DNA from: the human T2T-CHM13v2.0 reference genome, Homo sapiens | Strand: one strand, 5' to 3' | Length of the DNA: 64,000 nt | Assembly: GCF_009914755.1 (NCBI RefSeq) | Contig: NC_060931.1 | Shown: positions 56,030-64,000 of the stretch, piece after piece | Numbering within the stretch: the first letter of the stretch is position 1 | Layout: the number at the start of each line of letters is the position of its first letter | Program-made: the position numbers and the translations under genes | Notes under the pieces: generated by a model | What the model saw: the letters and a program-made list of their open reading frames with translations, nothing else | What the model was told of the DNA's origin: nothing | Databases searched by the model: none

Positions 56030-56323
56030 TTTTTTTTTTTTTTGGAGACAGGGTATCACTCTGTTAGTCTGGGGTGGGGTGGGGTGATCAAAGCTCACTG
56101 CAGACTACGACTCCTGGCTCATGTGATCCTCCCCGTCAGCTTCCCTAGTAGCTGGGACTACAGGCATGCACCATCACACCTGGCTAATTTTTTAAAATTT
56201 TCTTGTAGAGACAATGTCTTGCTTTTTTGGCCAGGCTGATCTTGAACTCCTGGCCTCAAGCAGTCCTCCCACCTTGGCCTTCCTACATGCTGGGATTACA
56301 GGCATGAGCCACAGTGCCTAGCC
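56030..56323 (-). mobile_element. AluJ
   Basis: Diverged antisense dimer; TSD ttaaatga. Confidence 0.92.
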
Positions 56324-57276
56324 TTAAATGAGTCTTGATAGGTGGAATTTCAGAGCATACTGGGAAGATGTCCTAAATATCCCTGCTACATAAGAAATGG
56401 GTTTGTCCCCCAGTTCCTGACAAAGCCCCATTTTCTGACACATCATCATTGCTACTGGAGGATCCATGGAGATCCCTTATGAGGGAGGCTGGACCCTTAT
56501 CAGCCTGGGTTTTCTGGGTCATACATAGTGGGTCTCAGAGCCAACCAGCCAACTTTGCAAATGCTGTTTCTTTCTTAGTTTCTGCAGCTATTCTACTCCT
56601 TGATCCAAAGGTGTGTCTTGTTCTGCTTACTATTGATGTCATTCAGAGATAACCCTAATTACTTCTCTGCTTCCTTGATCTTCTCCCAGTGTCAATCCAG
56701 ATCAAGAATAATTCTCTGGACTAGCCCCTGAGCGAGGTTCTTGTCCCCTGGGATTGAATGAGCTCAGATGAGCTCCCTGGCCACCACGTCAAAGCTTCAC
56801 TATTTCTCTCCTTCGCACTCAATCTTAGTAGCTTTTTTTTCTTTCCTTATGAAAAAAGGCTGTCAGCTCACAATAACAAAAACAGCTCCAGGGAATTTTG
56901 TTTCCTTTTTGGGGGATGCACAAAGTTTTTATTTTAACCAACTCATTGACACACTAGAAAACATTGTCACTATGTCCCTTCCTTTACCACGTGTGGATAG
57001 TAAGCAAAGAAGAATGGTTTAAAGTAGTTGACATTTTGCTGTGCCCCTAACAGCAACTCAGATGGAATATACTTACTCATCTCTGTTTTGTTCTATTTAA
57101 AATTTTATTATATAATATTTGAACAAAAGGAATAGGTATATGTATATATGAGGCATATTAATAAAACAAACACATCTCCCAAACTCAAGGATTAGAACAG
57201 CTCGAGGTACCTATGGGCTCCCCAATCCCATCCTGCTGATTTCCTGATATCCTTTTCCCAACATTTTATTATGAAA

Positions 57277-57594
57277 TTTTTCTCTTTTTTTTAAGTTGAG
57301 GTATAAGTTTTTGTTGGATTTCATGTTTTTTTTTTGATGTACAACACGATGTGTGTGTACACATACACATACACACACACACGCAGTGATGTGGCTAAAT
57401 CAAGCTGATTAACATTCATTCCCTCGCACACTTACCATTTTCTTGTCATGAGAACATTCAGAATCCACTCTCAGCAATTTGTAAGTATGTAATACATTGT
57501 TATAGCTACAGTCACCATGTTGTACAATAGGTCTGAACTTACTACTCTTCTTAAGTGACATTTTGTATCCTTTGACCAACATCTTTTCCATCTC
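57277..57594 (-). mobile_element. L1MA 3' end fragment
   Basis: ctaaatcaagctgattaaca...tacattgttatagctacagtcaccatgttgtacaatag; TSD ttattatgaaa at 57266-57276 and 57595-57605. Confidence 0.85.
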
Positions 57595-58559
57595 TTATTA
57601 TGAAAATGTCCCAGCATACAGGAAGGTTAAAAGAATTTTGCTGTGAACATTGTCATTATTTTTAAAGTTAAACTTTCTCTGGGGATTTTTGAAGACCATT
57701 TCATGAACATCAGTGCTGACCGAGTTAGGAGTTTCCCTTACGGTGCAGGTTGTGAATTTCCAGATGAAAGACTCTTTATAAGCACCACAAATAACTGTCA
57801 AAAATGCAACCAATGTGAAGGCAAATAGAGTAAATCTAATCTTTGCTAGACCTTGTCCGTGGATGTAAGATGAAGTGTTTTGGGAAAAGCATGAAACCTT
57901 TGTGTAACGAACAAGTCATGAACGCACGGAGCTAACGTTTCACTCCAGGCTTGTGCAAACTGCCCGCTTTGATAAATGCAGCCTTCATGACGGCTTTTGG
58001 TTGTTCTAGTCACGTTTTCCTTCTCACAGGCGCACCTCATTTTAACACCCTCTCGGTTCTGCCACCTTTTCAATACCTAATTATATCTCAAGTCTTAAAT
58101 TTCTCTTACCCACCAGAGCACATTTCCTCTTAATGCTCACAGTGCCTAATGGCCAGCTCAGATTTGGATAACCTTTTGGATAATTCTTCTCAGTGAGCCA
58201 TGTAGTGTTTTCTCAGCAAAATGTTTACCTATTTTGCAAGTACTACTTGAGGAGGAAAAATGGATTTCCTGATACAGTAGACAGCATTTGCAAATAAAAA
58301 GTGGCAAATATGGGCAATTTATTTGGTAAATAATGGCAAACATTTGTACCCCTGGATTCAATTCTGGAGTCTGTTACTGTGTGTAGAGGACTTTGTGGCT
58401 GAACTGTAAAAGAAACTCTCAATGTCTCCTTTTGCTCTGCCATATTTTTTTCAGAAAGCAGAAAGAGGCTTCAGTCAGAAGGAGTATACAACAGAACTTC
58501 AATAAGAGGTCGTGAAGCAGTCCTCATTTTGTATTTTAGGACCATTTTCATTATGAATC

Positions 58560-58988
58560 TGTGTCTCAGTTAATTTTCTGTGGCTATAACTGAACATCTA
58601 AGACTGGGTAATTTATAAAGAAAAAAATTCTTTATTTGAATCCTGTAGGTTGGGAAGCCCAAAGTTGAGGGGCTTCATCTAATGAGGGCCTTCTTACTGG
58701 TGGGGACTCTGCAGAGGCCTGAGGTGGCTGGGGCCTTCACACAGTGGGGGGCTCACAATAGATGGTCAAACTGGCTTTATAACAGACCCACTCTTGTGAT
58801 AACTAACCCCCTCCCTCAATAACCCATTAATCCATTAATCTACTAAATCATAAATAGGTTAACCCATGCATGAGGGCAGAGTCCTCTTGACCCAATCATC
58901 TCCCGAAGGTCTCACTTCTCAACACTGCTGCATGGCGGACTAAGTTTCCAACACATTGACTTTTGGGGACACATTCAAACCATACCAC
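58560..58988 (-). mobile_element. MaLR solo LTR (MST/MLT1A-like)
   Basis: gctataactgaacatctaagactgggtaatttataaag...ttttgggggacacattcaaaccatacca. Confidence 0.88.
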
Positions 58989-59049
58989 TATGTGATGTTC
59001 TAGAATAGGGGCTCTTTCTCTAGGGACTGGGGGCCCCTAGGTCTGAGTT

Positions 59050-59232
59050 TCTAGAAGTTTGTCTAAAGGCCACCTGCATTGCAATTACGAAGCAGTGCCT
59101 GTTCATTTGCAGGCTCCTGGGCCTCTTCCTGAGATCCCTTAGATTACTATTTTTGAGGCTGGAGTTTGAAAATTTGCATTATAACAAGCTCTCTGGCTAT
59201 TATTTTATGACATTATAGTTTGAGAACTACTC
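59050..59232. mobile_element. MER5-family MITE
   Basis: cacctgcattgcaatta...gcaggctcctgggcc...tttgcattataacaagctctc...agtttgagaactact. Confidence 0.7.
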
Positions 59233-59729
59233 CTCTAGAGTTTCAGGGTTGAAAATTGCCTGAAATTGTAGGCAAACATTTTTGCGATTTGCATATAAAC
59301 TTTTTTTTTCTATGGCATTCAACATATTTGGAACTATTACTCTAGAAAACAGAAGCTTGGACCCTGGAAGAATATTGCTCTCTCACACATTTGGGATTAA
59401 GTGGCTCAGCTTCTGTGGATGATGCCCAGAGAGGCTTAATGAGAACTTTGTAGGAACAAGTCCCAGCACTCTTCTCTCTGATCATTGGTGGTGGGGCCTT
59501 CCACAGTGAATCTACCAGTACACAGGTCTGATCATGTCACCCTTCATTCAAAAAGGTCATGTGTTCCCTAGTACCTAATGACCAGAATCTCAGGATCTGA
59601 GCCTGATCCCAGGGCAGTCTGGACTGAGTTTGTCCCTCATCAAGTTTTTCAGTGTATTCCCCACAGTCATCTTTCCCGTGCTGTCTTCCAGCCAGGGTTT
59701 GAGCCAGCATCCTTTTATTCTCCATGTAT

Positions 59730-59945
59730 TGTGGTTTTAAAAAAGACTGTGGATTCAGACAACTTGAACTCTAGCCCTGGCTCTGCTACTTGTCACCTGT
59801 GTGAGTCTAGGCAAGTGACTTAATCACTGTGAGCCTTCATTTCATCCTTAATAATATAAGAAAAATAGCACCTACTTCAACCCGTTTTGTGAAGGTTAAA
59901 TGAGTCTGTGTGAACATGAAGCTTAGCACAGCGTCTGGCACAAAC
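59730..59945 (+). mobile_element. MIR SINE
   Basis: ctggctctgctactt...ggcaagtgacttaatcactgtgagcct...gtgaaggttaaatgag...cttagcacagcgtctggcac. Confidence 0.8.
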
Positions 59946-60162
59946 ACTCTGGCTGGCACCCTTCCTCCCATCTCAATGCCTTCTCCCCTTCTCTACAAAT
60001 CCCAAACCTATCCATCTCCTCCTGAAGTCTTCTCAGTTCTTCCCTTTACTCCCCTACAGGAGGCACTGTCTCCCTCTTCTGAATACTGGTAACACATTAT
60101 TTTCATCTTTCTTTAGCACTTAACCAATCCTGGCTTTGTGAACTTTTCAGACATCTGTTTGA

Positions 60163-60570
<408 letters not shown>

Positions 60571-61736
60571 TAATGCTATTCATGATAGACAGGAATTTAG
60601 TGTAAGATGTATTCCATGTTACCCAGGAATTTACTGGATTAAATAAGCCACCACTTGGTAACATGAAAGAAAGTGCCAAATATCAAGTGATCCTCCAGCT
60701 TGGCCTCCAGACAGCTTTCTGTAAAGCTGCTGCTTTCTATGATAGCTCACATGTGTTGAGCTCCTCAATGCTTATTAGGCACTGGTCACTGTGCAGAGCG
60801 CTGCCTCCTCACACTCGCCCCTTGTCTTGCGTTCTCTCACATCCCTAATTTAAAGGTGAGAAAGTGGAGGCTGAAAGATGGAAAGAAACATGTCCAAGGT
60901 GCCACAGCTAGAGGTTGGGCAGCAAGGGGGACTGTATGCTTTGAATCACTGTGGTTCACTACCAGAGCCGCTGTGGCGTTCCTCAACTCCAGCCCACTTG
61001 GACCTTCAAGGCTTACAAAGATCCTTTCATTGTAGATTCTTTAAATTAAGGATGGCTTGTTAAAATGGAAAGCTCAATTGCAAAAGCAGCCTTTTCAGAA
61101 CACTTCCTGAAAATATCTTTTTTATGGAGCATGATACCTGATTCATATTCACCAAGCACTGAAAATAATATTGTCTAGAGAAAAAAGCCTTGGAGAATAT
61201 CAACTACTTTCTTAGAAGTGCCAGGCCCTTCACAAGTAACACCGAGGAAAAAGAAAGCATTTTCTCCAGAATAATTCATCTCCTTTCCTCCGCAGTGAGA
61301 AAACATCAAAGTTGTTGACACTCAAAAGGCACAGGTTCTTGCTTTCCGCAGAAAATAATAAATGCAAAATAGCCAAACCAAGATGCTGGAGAGAGTGGCT
61401 GACAGCAGCACCCAAGGGCTCCAACTTGAATCGAGCTGTATTATTTGTGCGGCATCAAGGTGAAGCTGAAGTCTACAGCATTGAGAGCAAAGGAGACTGT
61501 AATATTAATAGAAGCCCCTTACTCCCAAGTCTGAGAGTTCCAAGTGTGGTAAAAATGGCAACCTTTGCTTGAATTATGCCATGCTTCAGTAGAAGTTCTT
61601 TGTGCTCAAGAGCTAGGTGTGGTACTAAAATTGAATGGCTTTATATTTTACTGGTACCTGAACGTCTTAACATGGCTATGTTCACCCATTAAAAGAAATA
61701 CCATTGGTTATTTGGGAGAATTGTATATTTGCTAAG

Positions 61737-61770
61737 TTTGTTGTTGTTGTTGTTGTTGTTGTTGTCGTTT
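61737..61770. repeat. (TTG)n microsatellite
   Basis: About 9 ttg units. Confidence 0.9.
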
Positions 61771-62461
61771 TTGCTGAGACAGCAAATACATCTAAATGCA
61801 AGGTTTATACTTTTTAGTTTTAAGAACAAATGACTACAAAGAAGTGTTTTAAATATATTTAGTATTGCTTATTGTCTGTATTAAATACTGCAGCATAGAA
61901 TATGACTGCCTTAATTTATACCTATGGAAAGTTAGATAACATCCAAATTTTCCCAATAGTAGCCCATACCTCAGTGTTATATAAAAGAGCCTAAGGGAGA
62001 GTTCATTTTTGAAAACATGATTGAGATTTATTTATCACCATGTAAATCGACCCTGAAAGGTGCATTTACTAGCGCAGTAATTTTTATAGGTAAAATGAAT
62101 GAAGGTTCAATTTGACCAGGGATGTTATACAGGAACCTTTGCTTTATCTGTGGAGGGTAAAATAATCAGACATCTCCAGCAACCTTAGATCTGACACCCT
62201 GATCCTGTGGCCCCCAAATCAGTAGAGGAGTTTCACAACTGCACTTGCCAGTTTACGTTATCTGCCCTTAGCAGAGTTGGTAACATTCCCTTTTATGCAA
62301 GATGCACTTTGCAGAGCCTAAAAGAACAAAAGATGGGGACATCACCAACTTATAGCAGAGGTTATGTGACTGTTTGAGCCTGCTGGTAATGAATGTTTGC
62401 CCAGGATTACTTTCACTGCACTGTGGCTCCTGGGACAAGCTGTGTAGGTAGAGTCCTCTAG

Positions 62462-62877
<416 letters not shown>

Positions 62878-62879
62878 AG

Positions 62880-63957
62880 TTTTATTTTATTTTTAATCGA
62901 CACATAATAATTATACATGTTTATGAAGTACAATGTGATGTCTCAGTACATGTGCACATTGTTTAATGAACAAATCAGGGTAATTAGCAAATCCATCACC
63001 TCAAACATATATAATTTCTTTGTAGCAAGAATATTTAGAATCCTCTCTTGTAACTATTTTGAAATATGCAATACATTATTGCTAACCATAGTCACCCTAC
63101 TGTGCAATAGAATAGCTGAACTTATTCCTCCTATCTAACTGTAACTTTGTAACACATTGGCCGACCTCTCCTCATTCCTCTCTCTCCCCTAACCTCCTCA
63201 GCCTGTGATAACCACTATTCTACTCTCTTCTTCTATGAGATCAACTTTTTAAGATTCCACATATGAGGGAGTTCATGTGGTATTTGTCTTTCTGTGCCTG
63301 GCTTATTTCACTTAACATAATGTCCTCCAGGTTCATCCATGTTGTGGCAAATGACACCATTTCATTCTTTTTTATGGCTGAATAGTATTTCATTGTGTAT
63401 ATATACCATACTTTATCCATTCATGTCTTGATGGATACTTAGGTTGTTTCCATGGCTTGGCTGTTGTGAATACTGCTGCAATAAATAAGGGAGTGCTGAT
63501 CTCTTGGACGTATTGATTTCATTTCCTTTGGATAAATATTCAGCAGTGGGATTGCTGGATCATATAGTAGTTCTATTTTAAATTTTTTGAGGAACCTCAA
63601 CACTGTTTTCCATAATGGCTGTACAAATTTACACTTCCACCAACATTGCATAAGGGTTTCTTTTTCTCCACACCCCACCAGCACTTGTTTTCTTTTATCT
63701 TTTTGATAATAGCCATTCTAACTGGAGTGAGACAGTATCTCATTTTGATTTGCATTTCTCTGATGATTGGTGATGTTGAGTATTTTTTTACATACTTGTT
63801 GACTATTTGTATTCTTTTGAGAAATGTCTATTCAGATCTTTTGTTCATTTTAAAATTGAATTATTTGGGTTCTTTGCTATTGAGTTGTTTGAGTTCCTAA
63901 TATATTCTGGATATTAACTCTTTGTCAGATGTATAGTTTCCTAATATTTTCTCATAT
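62880..63957 (-). mobile_element. L1MA (about MA4-6) 3'UTR and decayed ORF2 C-terminus
   Basis: ORF 63439-63684 gives an ORF2p C-terminal-like [15 protein letters not shown]...[13 protein letters not shown]; L1MA-type 3'UTR. Confidence 0.92.
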
Positions 63958-64000
63958 TGTTTTTTGTTTGTTTGTTTGTTTTTGTTTTGAGATGGAGTCT
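63958..64000 (-). mobile_element. Alu 3' end, cut by the window edge
   Basis: (tttg)n tail followed by gagatggagtct. Confidence 0.85.

Noticed and set aside
63439-63684. Active L1 ORF2
   Set aside because: Only a decayed C-terminal fragment of an old L1MA.

Overview
This is primate genomic DNA, most likely human or another hominoid, and not prokaryotic. It reads as intronic or intergenic sequence dominated by interspersed repeats. I count 23 Alu copies or fragments (J, S and Y types, many with target-site duplications, TSDs). There is a near full-length Tigger1 with two nested Alus, flanked by MER58A, MER2 and Tigger4. MER1A/B, MER20, MER5, several MaLR/ERVL solo LTRs and L1, HAL1, L2 and MIR remnants are also present. 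I recognise no intact protein-coding gene. The supplied ORFs are Alu, L1 or Tigger read-throughs, or chance ORFs. A few splice-site pairs (728-757 and 29634-29771 on +, 956-1002 on -) could be exons of an unidentified host transcript. I found no evidence of a new biological system. The most notable directly visible signals are a short L1PA insertion carrying a 3' transduction and several local templated insertions or fold-back structures (3701-3797, 21195-21304, ~35914-35960, 54533-54616). Subfamily calls come from recalled consensus sequences, and the boundaries of old repeats are approximate.
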